NCBI GenBank assembly: GCA_965203465.1
Contig: CBDBCR010000001.1
Span: forward strand, 480,001-544,000
DNA: 64,000 bases
Source: Nitrosopumilaceae archaeon
GTDB lineage: Archaea > Thermoproteota > Nitrososphaeria > Nitrososphaerales > Nitrosopumilaceae
Direction of reading: 5' to 3'
Shown here: positions 43,246 through 52,379 of the stretch, one piece after another
How the letters are laid out: the number at the start of each line of letters is the position of its first letter
Position numbering within the stretch: position 1 is the first letter of the stretch
Position numbers and translations under genes: made by a program
The notes under the pieces: generated by a model
What the model was told of the DNA's origin: nothing
What the model saw: the letters and a program-made list of their open reading frames with translations, nothing else
The model's database searches: none

Positions 43246-45021
43246 GTGGAGTACACGGTCACGCCGGGCAACTTCGCCACCCTGCCCGAGGCCGAGCAGA
43301 GGAAGAAGGTCGGCGCGTTCCTGGAGCTGCTCAGGGCCATGACAAAGCCCGCGCGCATCACCCTGTCCCGCAAGGTGCTGCGCGTGCCGGTCGGCGGCAG
43401 CGAGACGGGCATGCCCGTGCTGCAGGTACGGATATCGAGCCCCGAGCCGCTCGGACGCGCGCTCGAATCGCTGCGCTACGAGTACGCCGAGAACCTGGGC
43501 TCGAGGGGGGCGCGGGCGGTGCGCGAGCACCTGGACTGCGTCGAGATAGAGGCCGGCGGCGCGCGGGCGTGGGCCAGGTGCCTCACGCTGGCCTCGGTCC
43601 CGCGCGAGCTGCCCTGGGGGTGGCTGGCCACGTCGGTCTTTCCGGCGTGCCACGAGGCATCCGTCTGGGTGGAGCCTGTCCCGCACGCCGAGGCGCTCTC
43701 GCGCGTGCGGCGCCGCCGCGACCTGGTGTACGAGGCCTCGCTGCGCTCGCGCGAATCGGCCGACGAGTACGCCGCGCTCGGGAGGGCCGAGGAGTCGATG
43801 CGCGCCAGCCGCTCCGGCCTGTACCGGTGCCGCGTGGTCTGCACGGCCGCCTCGCGCGAGCGGCGGGGCCTGAGGGGGGCCGTCCGGGCGCTGCGCGAGG
43901 CCGCCTCGGCCTCGGGGGCCGCCTTTGCCTGGCAGCGCGGCATGCAGGCGGCCACGCTGGGCGGGTGGGGCAAAAAGCTGGACTTTGACCTGGGCAGCAT
44001 GTCGTGCCTGTACCCGTTCGTCTCGGGCGACATGCTCGAGGTGCCCAACGGCCTGGCGCTGGGCATAAACGCGGACAGCGGCGCGCCGGTCATATTCGAC
44101 TTTGCGCGCCGCTCCAACTACAGCATGGCCATAATCGGCACGTCCGGCTCCGGAAAATCGTTCACCGCGAAGATGATCCTGCGCCGCCTGCTCTCAAAGC
44201 ACCCAGACAGCCTCTGCTTCGTGATCGACCCGATGGGCGAGTACCACCAGATATCGGCGGACTTGGGCCTCGAGGGGGTGCGCCTGACCGGCGGCGGCAG
44301 CCTGGGGCTGGACCCGTTCCGGCTGCTGGCCCCGGCCGACGCGGCGGACATACTGGGGCGCGTGACGCGCGCCCCCGAGGAGATAGTCAAGCAGTTCCGG
44401 CGCTTTTCGGACAGGGTCGGAAGCGTCGCGCAGCTGCACGCCTCGCTGGACCCGTCCTCGCGCAGGTGGCTCGACGATCTCGTCGAGGGCCCGCTCGCCG
44501 GCCTCATGCGCAGCGAGCCGCGCTTCCCCGACAGGCTGGTCATGTCGATGAGGAGGGCCGACGGCAAGCCCCACGAGGCGATGCTGCTGGTGCTCGCGCT
44601 GGCGCGCGTCTGGCGCCGCATAGAGGAGCTGCCGCAAAAGGCGCAGAAGATAGTCCTGCTCGACGAGGCCTGGATGCTCTTCAAGATGGAGGGGGCCGCG
44701 CGGTACGTCGAGCAGCTGGTGCGGATGGGCCGCAAGCGCAACGTGCTGTTTTTGTTCGTCTCGCAGAACGTCGGCGACGTGGCCGGCGGGGGAGGCGGCG
44801 CGCCGCGCATCATAGACAACATGGAGACCAAGATACTGATGAGCATGGAGGAGGACGCGGCCGACGAGTCGGCCCGGGTGCTGGGGCTGTCCGAAGAAGA
44901 GTGCTCGAGGCTAAAGTCGTTCGAGCCGGGCCACGCGATACTGATCACCAAAAAGCACCGGCTCCACGTGCGGCTCGAGCCGTCCGCCGAGGAGCTGGAG
45001 CTGTTCGACACGTCGCCATGA
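43246..45021 (+). CDS. VirB4/TraC/CedB-like ATPase
   Basis: YPF...LGINADSGAPVIFDF...NYSMAIIGTSGSGKSF, VIDPMGEY, LLDEAW, GRKRN...SQN. Confidence 0.9.
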   Translation: MEYTVTPGNFATLPEAEQRKKVGAFLELLRAMTKPARITLSRKVLRVPVGGSETGMPVLQVRISSPEPLGRALESLRYEYAENLGSRGARAVREHLDCVEIEAGGARAWARCLTLASVPRELPWGWLATSVFPACHEASVWVEPVPHAEALSRVRRRRDLVYEASLRSRESADEYAALGRAEESMRASRSGLYRCRVVCTAASRERRGLRGAVRALREAASASGAAFAWQRGMQAATLGGWGKKLDFDLGSMSCLYPFVSGDMLEVPNGLALGINADSGAPVIFDFARRSNYSMAIIGTSGSGKSFTAKMILRRLLSKHPDSLCFVIDPMGEYHQISADLGLEGVRLTGGGSLGLDPFRLLAPADAADILGRVTRAPEEIVKQFRRFSDRVGSVAQLHASLDPSSRRWLDDLVEGPLAGLMRSEPRFPDRLVMSMRRADGKPHEAMLLVLALARVWRRIEELPQKAQKIVLLDEAWMLFKMEGAARYVEQLVRMGRKRNVLFLFVSQNVGDVAGGGGGAPRIIDNMETKILMSMEEDAADESARVLGLSEEECSRLKSFEPGHAILITKKHRLHVRLEPSAEELELFDTSP

Positions 45022-45437
45022 GGCGCGCCGTCCACGGCCTGCTCTCCGTGGCCATGCTGGCCGGCATGTCGCTGGCGCTGGCCGGCGCCGTCGCGGCGGT
45101 CATGTCCGACGCGTCCGACGTGGCCTCGCGCGAGGCGCGCTGCCAGGTCTGGCGCGCCGAAATCCACGCCACGTCCGACTCCACCTCGTACGCGGCCGTC
45201 TCGGCGGCAAACCTCGGGTCCGTCCCGTGGTCCTCGGCGTCTGCCAGCTTTGCCGGCGACGGCGGCGCGCCCGCGCGGCTGGCCGCGGAGGGGCCGGTGC
45301 CGGCCGGCGGCTCGTGGCGCGCGGCCGGGCCGGTCGCCGCGCAGGTCAGCCCCGGCGCCGAGTACCTGGTGCTCGTCTCGGCCTCGGCCGGGGACGGCTC
45401 CGAGGCGCTGTGCACGCGCCTGGCGCGCGCCAGGTAA
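45018..45437 (+). CDS. Archaeal type IV pilin-like protein (class III signal peptide)
   Basis: MRRA|VHGLLSVAMLAGMSLALAGAV...; ANLGS...VSPGAEYLV; ATG overlaps the VirB4 stop. Confidence 0.75.
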   Translation: MRRAVHGLLSVAMLAGMSLALAGAVAAVMSDASDVASREARCQVWRAEIHATSDSTSYAAVSAANLGSVPWSSASASFAGDGGAPARLAAEGPVPAGGSWRAAGPVAAQVSPGAEYLVLVSASAGDGSEALCTRLARAR

Positions 45438-45575
45438 GTAGTATTCAATGGGGGTACCGGAATCGGCGAGGAGTTAAATGAATGGCATTTAAGCCGGCCG
45501 GAATCGGCGCACCAAAACGCGAAAACGGATTTTGTACAGAGCCTGCCTTAAATAACGCGCGCGGCGGGGCGCCGC

Positions 45576-45911
45576 GTGGAGCCGGTGAGCAGGTTTTGGG
45601 CGTGCTTTTTCGCCGCCTCGATCTTTGCGCTGCTCTGGACGCAAAAGATGAAAAAGACCAGGCGGTGGCTTGCGGTGTCGGCGCCGTTTTCGGCCGCGCC
45701 GTACTTGGTGATACTGGCAATGTCGTACCTCGAGCCCGGGTTTGCCGGCTTTGACGAGGCGCTGGCCGTGCTGCTTGCAAGCGTGGCGGTGTTCGTGTGG
45801 GTTCCGCACGTGGCCGTGGCGGTCTTGCTGATGTTGCGCTGGACGGCGCGCTACAACCTCGAAAACTTTGGCGCGCGCTCCAAAAAAGAGTGGAAGGCCG
45901 GCAGGCCCTGA
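45576..45911 (+). CDS. Small three-TM membrane protein
   Basis: Three hydrophobic segments; TTAAATA about 25 nt upstream. Confidence 0.6.
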   Translation: MEPVSRFWACFFAASIFALLWTQKMKKTRRWLAVSAPFSAAPYLVILAMSYLEPGFAGFDEALAVLLASVAVFVWVPHVAVAVLLMLRWTARYNLENFGARSKKEWKAGRP

Positions 45912-45919
45912 TCTCGGCC

Positions 45920-46315
45920 TCAGCCGAACTCGAACATCTTGCCGCTCTCCGAGATCACGCGGACCGCCCCCGTCCCGTTGACGGCCAGCGTGCCGAGGCC
46001 GCCCGATTCTATGTAAGAGGCCGGCGCCCCGGCCTGGTCGGAGAGCGCGTAGGGGACGGCCGCCCCGTTCAGCACCACTCCGGAAACCGCCACGTCGCGC
46101 TCGCCTATCGACGACAGATAAACCGTGGTGGTTCCGTTGGCCGAATAAACCCACGTCTGGACCAGCAGCTCGCCGGCCCGGTTGCGCGAATCCTCCATCA
46201 TCTCCGAGACGCCCTGCGAGTGCGAGCCTATCTGGCGGCCCGATTCGGCCACGAGCGGGCCGAGCACCAGGGCCGCCACGCCGAACAGGGCCGCTGCCGC
46301 CATCACCTGGTTCAC
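45920..46315 (-). CDS. Minor pilin / FlaF-FlaG-like protein
   Basis: N-terminal TM, RAGELL, VYLSSIGERDVAV..VVLNG, VRVISESGKMF. Confidence 0.65.
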   Translation of the reverse strand: MNQVMAAAALFGVAALVLGPLVAESGRQIGSHSQGVSEMMEDSRNRAGELLVQTWVYSANGTTTVYLSSIGERDVAVSGVVLNGAAVPYALSDQAGAPASYIESGGLGTLAVNGTGAVRVISESGKMFEFG

Positions 46316-46373
46316 GCATGAAGCGGCCCGGGCCCGTTAAAGGGCCCTTTAAGCGGCCCGCGCACCGACCCCG

Positions 46374-48053
46374 ATGCTCCACTGCCTGCTGCGGGCGGCA
46401 AGGCGCCGCCGCCGGGGATTCCTGTTCACGATGCCGCTCATGCTCGGCATGGGCGTCATCATGCTCGCCGCCATGGTTGCCATATCGCAGGTCTTCGTGA
46501 CCGTCGGCGGGCCGGCCGTCCCCGACCTGCTCTCGGACATGCCCACGCTCTTCGAGTACGAGGGGGGCAGGAGGGTGCCCGAGGGCCTGCCGCCCCTGTC
46601 GGGCCCGCCGGGCCCCGAGCTGGCAGAGAGCCACCCGTCGCTTGCCATGTACGGGCTGACCGTCCAGATAGCCTTCGGGATATTCGCGGCGCTGCTGATG
46701 CTGGCCGGCGTCTCGTACTTTTTCGAGGAGATGAGCCTGGTGCGGCCCGGCACGGCGCAGGCCATGGCCGCGCGCATGGCCGTGCTGGCCCCCCTGTACC
46801 TGGCCCTGCCGCTCGTCTGGGACACCGCGGCCCTGCTCATCGAATCCTCGTCCCTGTACCTGATGGATCCGTTCGGCGGCGACCCGCACGGCCGCGCCGC
46901 CCGGCTGTGGTGCATGATGGGGTCGGCAGCCTGCACGGTGGACGGGACCACCGTGAACCCCGTAGACGCGTTCGGCGAGATCGGCGCGTTCGACCGCGAA
47001 TCCGCGCTGAGCCTCGACTCGTGGAGCGGGGCCCTGCAGAGCCCGCTTGCCGGCGAGGGGTTCGCGGTCAACGTGCTGCTGGCCCTCTTCAAGGGGTTCG
47101 CGGTCATGTTCATGACGGCCATGATGTTCGTGCTCTCGGCGGTGCGCGTGGTGCTCACCGAGGTGGTCGTGGTTTCCTTTCCGCTCGTCACGGCCGTCGG
47201 CCTCATACCGTGGATAAACACGTCGGGCATCTCGGACATGTTCCAGCGCAACCTGGTGGGCCTCTCGCTGGCCCCGCTCATGTCTGCCGTGGTCCTGTCT
47301 GTAGGGATGTCGGCCATCGACTCCCAGCAGGTGCCGCCGCTGCGCGCTTGGTTCCAGATGCTCTCGGTGGGGTTCCTGGCCGTCTTCTTTCCGGTCATGC
47401 TCTCGCCGATGCTGGGCAACCTCTCCTCCAAGGTAGGCGAGATGGTCTCGACGTCGATAAGGTCGGCCACCTCGGCCGGCTCGGCGGGCCTGCAGGGGGC
47501 AGCGCGCGGGGCCGCGCGGGCCTCGGAGGGCCTGGAATCGGCTGCCGGGGGCGTGCCGTCCGCCCTCATGGGCTCGTCCGCTTCCGTCCCGCTGGGCGAG
47601 CGCGTGCGCGCGTACGCCGGGGCCGGCGCGGCGGGGATGCTGGGCGGCCTCGGCTCCGGCATCCTCTCCTCGTCGGCCGCGCGCCTCGGCGCCGGCGCGG
47701 CGGGGGCCTCGGCCGTGGCCTCGGCGGCCGACGGGAGGGCGCGCTCGGCGGGCCTCGGGGCCGGCGCGCGCGCCATGGCAGCGGCGGCCGCGCGCGACAT
47801 CGGGCCGGCGCTTCGGCCCGAGCCGCCGCGGGTGAGCGGGGCCACCCTGATGAACCCGGCCGTGCAGCTGGCCTCGCTCGAGGACGGCTCGGTCGATGCG
47901 GGCATGAGGCTGGCAGGCGACCCCGACGGGGGCGCGCGCCTAGCCCGCGCGTACTCGGGCCGCTCCAAGGTCTCGGCGGAGGAGGCGCGCGAGATGTCAA
48001 AGCTCATCGGCGCGAACCCGGCCGGCGCGGCCCGGCTCCTGGGCCGGAAATGA
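46374..48053 (+). CDS. VirB6/TrbL/CedA-like polytopic membrane protein
   Basis: About 8 TM segments with AVRVVLTEV...FPL..AV.LIP (VirB6-like core) and a long Gly/Ala-rich C-terminal tail as in TrbL. Confidence 0.75.
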   Translation: MLHCLLRAARRRRRGFLFTMPLMLGMGVIMLAAMVAISQVFVTVGGPAVPDLLSDMPTLFEYEGGRRVPEGLPPLSGPPGPELAESHPSLAMYGLTVQIAFGIFAALLMLAGVSYFFEEMSLVRPGTAQAMAARMAVLAPLYLALPLVWDTAALLIESSSLYLMDPFGGDPHGRAARLWCMMGSAACTVDGTTVNPVDAFGEIGAFDRESALSLDSWSGALQSPLAGEGFAVNVLLALFKGFAVMFMTAMMFVLSAVRVVLTEVVVVSFPLVTAVGLIPWINTSGISDMFQRNLVGLSLAPLMSAVVLSVGMSAIDSQQVPPLRAWFQMLSVGFLAVFFPVMLSPMLGNLSSKVGEMVSTSIRSATSAGSAGLQGAARGAARASEGLESAAGGVPSALMGSSASVPLGERVRAYAGAGAAGMLGGLGSGILSSSAARLGAGAAGASAVASAADGRARSAGLGAGARAMAAAAARDIGPALRPEPPRVSGATLMNPAVQLASLEDGSVDAGMRLAGDPDGGARLARAYSGRSKVSAEEAREMSKLIGANPAGAARLLGRK

Positions 48054-48340
48054 TATTCCTGCGCCCCGGCGAGAGGCTCGCCCTGAAAGCCCGGGTGCTC
48101 TCGCGGCACGGGCGCGGCGCGCTGTGCGTCACGGACAGGGCCGTGGCATGCGAGATAGACGGGCGCGGCCTGTTCCTCAACTTCGTGCCGCGCGGTTCCC
48201 TGCGCCCGCTCGAAAGGATGGGGCGCTCGCCGTCGGGCACGCGGCTGCGGCTGTCGTGGGAGGAGGGCGGCGCCGTTCACCGCTTCGAGTTCCGCGCCGC
48301 GGATCCGGGGCCGCTGCTCTCCGAGCTAGGCGGCCGGTAG
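48050..48340 (+). CDS. Small PH/GRAM-like domain protein
   Basis: MIFLRPGERL...GALCVTDRAV...; ATG overlaps the upstream stop. Confidence 0.6.
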   Translation: MIFLRPGERLALKARVLSRHGRGALCVTDRAVACEIDGRGLFLNFVPRGSLRPLERMGRSPSGTRLRLSWEEGGAVHRFEFRAADPGPLLSELGGR

Positions 48341-48684
48341 GCCGGGCCGGATCGCGCCGGCGGACGGCGCGCGGCCAAGACGGCGGACCGCCTTGTCTGC
48401 CAGATCTGAGGTATGTTTTCCGATGGCGCCAAAATTGGCCCGCAGCACTCGGCGCTTTTCCTCGCCCGTCATGCCCTTCCCCGTCGCGGGCCACACGACG
48501 CGCATGACGCTTTCTACCGCCTCGCGTTCTAGCTCCCCGCGGATCTCTGGGCCTTCTATGGGCAGAGGCACGATGACGTCGACGAGCTCTTCGGATCTTT
48601 TTTCCACTCGACGGACTTTTTGTCGACGGCGGGGTCGCGCTTGACCGCCTTCAGCCTCGCGATCTCCCCATTCAAGCCTTCCAC
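48326..48684 (-). pseudogene. Frameshifted hypothetical gene
   Basis: VEGLNGEIARLKAVKRDP... shifts frame near the T-run at about 48600 into RSEELVDVIV...; lower GC. Confidence 0.4.
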
Positions 48685-48895
48685 GGTACGGGAGGGTCGG
48701 GCCTTTTGCACGCCCCCGGGGCCGTTTTTGGGCGTATAAAAGATCTGGATCGGGGCAAAAACCGAGCATGCGCCTTGCCCCCCGCTGTCCGTACCGCGCG
48801 CCGGGCGGGGCCCGCCGTGCGCGGCTGCCCGAGCCGGCCGCCCCTTTTCGCAGGCTCGGCCAACGTTTATCAGCTCTGCGGGAGCGCGCGCGGCA

Positions 48896-49577
48896 TTGGG
48901 GCGCGACTTCATCGAGGCGCTGGGACGCCGAATACGAGCGCGGGCGGTACGCGGGAGAGCCGCCAGTAAAATTCACCGAAACGATACTGGAGGCGGTGGC
49001 CGGCTCGGCCGGCCTGTCGGGCGGCAGGGGCCTGTACGTGGGGTGCGGGAACGGGCGCGACTTCGCCCGGCTCGTATGCAGAGGGCTAAATCTAACGGGA
49101 ATCGATCCGTCGCCGGCGGCGATCGGGCAGCTTGCCGCGCGGTGCCCGTCGGCCGCCGGCCGCATGAAGTGCACCGACATGGAGAGCTTCGAGCCCGGCG
49201 CCCGGTTCGACTACCTCGTAGCCATACAGGTGTTCCAGCACGGGGACGCCGCTTCTGCGGCGCGGCATTTCGAGCGGGCCGCGCGGCTGCTCCGGCCCGG
49301 CGGCGCGCTGTTTTTGCGCGTAAACTCCGCGTCCACCGACGTCTATTTCGGCCACCGCGTAAAGGAGACGACGGCCGGCGGCAGCTCTACCGTCAGGTAC
49401 CTAGAGGGACCCAAGAGGGGCACCGACGTGCATTTCTTTTCCGGGCGGGATCTTGCGGGGCACCTACTGCGCGCCGGCTTCGAGCTTGAGGCCGGGCCCG
49501 ACGAGGACAGGTTGGCGCGCAGGCCGCCAAAGACCGGGACGTGGTCGCAGTGGGAGGCGGTGGCCAGCAAGGCGTGA
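48896..49577 (+). CDS. Class I SAM methyltransferase; probable +1 G frameshift just after the TTG start
   Basis: WDAEY...GLYVGCGNGR...GIDPS...FDYL...LRPGG; TTG at 48896 (30 nt after TTTATC) is in frame only if the G4 run is G3. Confidence 0.75.
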
Positions 49578-49642
49578 TCGGCGCAGCGCCGATGCCGCGC
49601 GATCCGCCCGCCGGCGTTTCGCCGCCAATCCTGCCCGGCGCC

Positions 49643-49924
49643 CTAGGACCGGCCCGCACCGCCCGGGACGGGAGCGCGGCCCGCGCAGCCGGCCAGCAGC
49701 AGCTCGTGCAGCCTGCGCGCGCCGGGCGCCTCTACCGAGTACAGCACCAGCCGCCCGCCGATCTCGGCGTTGACCGTCAGGCGCCGCCGGCGCCTCTGCA
49801 CGCAGCGCACCGCCGAGTACGGCACCTCGCGGCAGCCGGCCCCGTGCTCTATGCGGAGCCTGTCGGCGCCCGCGTGCACCACGCAGGCGCGCCCGTTGAC
49901 CTCGGCCCTGAAGGGGGTATCCAC
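49643..49924 (-). CDS. Small PH-like domain protein
   Basis: MDTPFRAEVNGRACVVHAGADRLRIE...EVPYSAVRCV...LTV...; beta-rich with a C-terminal helix. Confidence 0.5.
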   Translation of the reverse strand: MDTPFRAEVNGRACVVHAGADRLRIEHGAGCREVPYSAVRCVQRRRRRLTVNAEIGGRLVLYSVEAPGARRLHELLLAGCAGRAPVPGGAGRS

Positions 49925-50034
49925 GACTGCCGCCGCCCGGTTCCGTAAAAGGGCCGGCCCCGCCCGGCCCCCCGGGGCCCCGCCTCGGGGTGCCCCCGCG
50001 GGGGGCCCCCGGCGCGCGCGTTTTTCCGCCGGCC

Positions 50035-50064
50035 ATAAATAGGGGTACCGTACGGTACGGTACC
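50035..50064 (+). promoter_or_regulatory. TATA box plus a perfect inverted repeat GGTACCGTAC-G-GTACGGTACC immediately before the TFB-like gene
   Basis: ATAAATA 50035-41; 10-bp arms at 50044-53 and 50055-64; TTG at 50066. Confidence 0.75.
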
Positions 50065-50065
50065 A

Positions 50066-50755
50066 TTGGCCGAGCCGTGCGCCCACCAGTCGCGCCTGAC
50101 CCGCACGCCCGACGGCGAGCTGGTCTGCCGGTGCGGCGTGGTCGTCTGCGAAAGGCTGCCCGACGAGGGGCCCGCGGAGCTGCCCGCGCGCGTCTCGCTG
50201 TACCACCGCGTGGAACTTGGCGGCAGCCAGACCGACGCAAAGAGGGCCGTCGGCAGGCGCGTGCACACGCACGCGCAGGTCTCGTCCGAATTCTCCAACA
50301 TCTGCTGCAAGCTGGGCATGCCCGAGTTCGCGCGGCTGCGGGCCTGGTCTGCCTACCACAAGCTGCGCAGCCGGACCGCCTACACGCGCGCAAAGTGCGC
50401 CATGTACGCCGTGTACGGGGCCTGCCGCGCGGCCGACTTTCCGGTCTCGGAGGAGAGCGTGCGCGAGGCGGTCCTGTCCGTCTTGTGCGTGCGCCGCGCG
50501 CCCACGATGCTCGGCGTGATATCAGAACTCCACGAGGACGCCGAGGCGCTCGGCCTGGATTCGGGCGGCCACTCGCCCTGGTTCTACCTCAACCTCGAGA
50601 TATCCTCGGCCCAGGGCTTCTTTTCGGACGACGGCGATTTCGACCGGTTCCGGGCCGCGGTCATGCGACTGTACCAGTCGCTGCGCGGCACCCACAGGAG
50701 CCGGGCGCGGCGGGCCGTCCAGTTCGCCCTGGACAGCATGGCGGTGATCCAGTGA
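50066..50755 (+). CDS. Divergent, shortened TFIIB/TFB-family protein
   Basis: Zn ribbon CAH...DGELVCRCGVV; cyclin-repeat-like FSNICCKLGMP...A...Y.KL...AVYGACR; 229 aa with a degenerate second repeat. Confidence 0.75.
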   Translation: MAEPCAHQSRLTRTPDGELVCRCGVVVCERLPDEGPAELPARVSLYHRVELGGSQTDAKRAVGRRVHTHAQVSSEFSNICCKLGMPEFARLRAWSAYHKLRSRTAYTRAKCAMYAVYGACRAADFPVSEESVREAVLSVLCVRRAPTMLGVISELHEDAEALGLDSGGHSPWFYLNLEISSAQGFFSDDGDFDRFRAAVMRLYQSLRGTHRSRARRAVQFALDSMAVIQ

Positions 50756-51816
50756 CGGAGAGGGTGCGGCTCTCGTCGGTCGGGCAGCTGCCCGCGCGCG
50801 CGAGGCACGTCTCGGAGAGGCTCGTCTCGGACGTGTCCAGGAATCCGGGCTCGGCCAGGCCGCTGCGCCTTGGCAGGGCCGGCGGCGCGCTGTACCCGCT
50901 CAACGACGACGAGACGGTCATGGGGCTGAGGCGCGCCAGAAAGGCCGAGGCGGCCGCGCACGTCTACGAGTACGGCTCGGTCCCCGAGCTGGTCGCCGCG
51001 CACGTAATGGAGAACACGCACCCCTCCTCGATAGACGCCCTGCTGATAGGCCCCCTGATGGGGTACCTTGCCGAGAGCGGCATGGGCGAGGCCGAGGCGC
51101 GCCGCAGGACGGGCCTGGAGCGGCGGCCCGAGCTGGCGGCGGCCGCGCGCGCGCCGGTCACCGACGAGGCGCGCAGGGTACTGCTGGACATGTGCCGCAG
51201 CTTCGCTGCCCGCCTGCACGATCCGGCCACGCCCCCATACGTGGCCGTGCAGCTGGGCAGGATCAGGCCCGAGCGCCAGGCGGCGGCCGCGCAGGCCCTG
51301 GTGGTGGCCTGCAGGATGACGATGAGGTCGGGCGCAAAGGCCTCGTGGCCCAGCGCCAACGGGGTCGAGCAGGTGCTGCGCGGCTTCGAGGGGGGCCGCC
51401 CGGCGCCGCCGGCGCGCGAGCGCGTCTGCGTGCCGGGCCCGGTGGGCGAGCTCAAGAAAAAGGGGCCGGCGCGCCCGGCCCCCGGGCGGGCGGCGGCCGG
51501 GGCGGAAAAGTACATCCGCGACGATCCAGACCTGCGGTACGTGCCGGCCAGCGGCTCGGATCTGTTGGTGAACAGGAGGACCGGCAGGGTGGCCGAGGTC
51601 TCGGAGGGCGGCTCTACGTACGTCGTCTCGGGGGACTTGGGCAGGCCGGTCCACTTTCTTCCCGACCACGTGCGCGAGTACCTGGGCGCCGACGGGGGCT
51701 CGGCCATACGGGTGACCCGGTACCCGTCGGCCGCGCGGGCCTCGCGCGCGCTGGCCAGGGCCGCCAAGAGCGGCGCCCGCGTGGTGGTGCTCAGCTCCTG
51801 CGCGCTCCCGCGATGA
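50752..51816 (+). CDS. Degenerate ParB-like protein
   Basis: LVSDV...ARPLRL...LYPLNDD...HVMEN resembles the ParB N-domain without GxxR; followed by an HTH-like segment; GTG overlaps the TFB stop. Confidence 0.5.
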   Translation: MTERVRLSSVGQLPARARHVSERLVSDVSRNPGSARPLRLGRAGGALYPLNDDETVMGLRRARKAEAAAHVYEYGSVPELVAAHVMENTHPSSIDALLIGPLMGYLAESGMGEAEARRRTGLERRPELAAAARAPVTDEARRVLLDMCRSFAARLHDPATPPYVAVQLGRIRPERQAAAAQALVVACRMTMRSGAKASWPSANGVEQVLRGFEGGRPAPPARERVCVPGPVGELKKKGPARPAPGRAAAGAEKYIRDDPDLRYVPASGSDLLVNRRTGRVAEVSEGGSTYVVSGDLGRPVHFLPDHVREYLGADGGSAIRVTRYPSAARASRALARAAKSGARVVVLSSCALPR

Positions 51817-52379
51817 CCGATTCCATGGCGCGCGCCCGCGGCGCGAGGCGCCGCCTCGCCTGCTCCTGGGCCGAGGCGTGGGTAGGGGCCGCGCTGCGCG
51901 GCACCTTTTCCAGCTCGGATCTTGCCGGCGGCCGGAGGGGGTACCGGGCAGCCTGCGTCCTGTCCCGCCTGGGCTACGCCGAGAGGCTGGGCCGGCGCTC
52001 GTCGGGGTGCAGGTACCGCGCCACGCTGCTGGGCAGGTGCATGGCCGCCGGCGCCCGCCTCGGCGTCGGGTTCGTGCCCCTGTGCGTGGCGGCCGAGGCG
52101 CGCGCCATGCACCTGATGCAGGACGAGTGCGGGGCCGACCGGGCGTACCCCGTGTACCTGCTGCAGGAGGCCCTCGAGGGGCTGTACTCTGCAAAGACGG
52201 TGCGCAACTCGGCGTCCGCGCTCTGCTCGGCGGGGATGGCCGAGCGCGTGCGCGGGGGGGCCCTGCGGCTCCTGACGGACGACTTTGGCGGGTTCGAGCC
52301 GGCGCTGGCCGAGCTCCACGAGTGGGTGGCCGGCGCGCGCGACCGGGCGGGCGCGCCGCGCCCGGGGGCGCGCCCGTGA
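51813..52379 (+). CDS. Tandem winged-helix DNA-binding protein
   Basis: ACVLSRLGYAER...YRATLLG and SAKTVRNSASALCSAGMAER. Confidence 0.55.
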   Translation: MTDSMARARGARRRLACSWAEAWVGAALRGTFSSSDLAGGRRGYRAACVLSRLGYAERLGRRSSGCRYRATLLGRCMAAGARLGVGFVPLCVAAEARAMHLMQDECGADRAYPVYLLQEALEGLYSAKTVRNSASALCSAGMAERVRGGALRLLTDDFGGFEPALAELHEWVAGARDRAGAPRPGARP

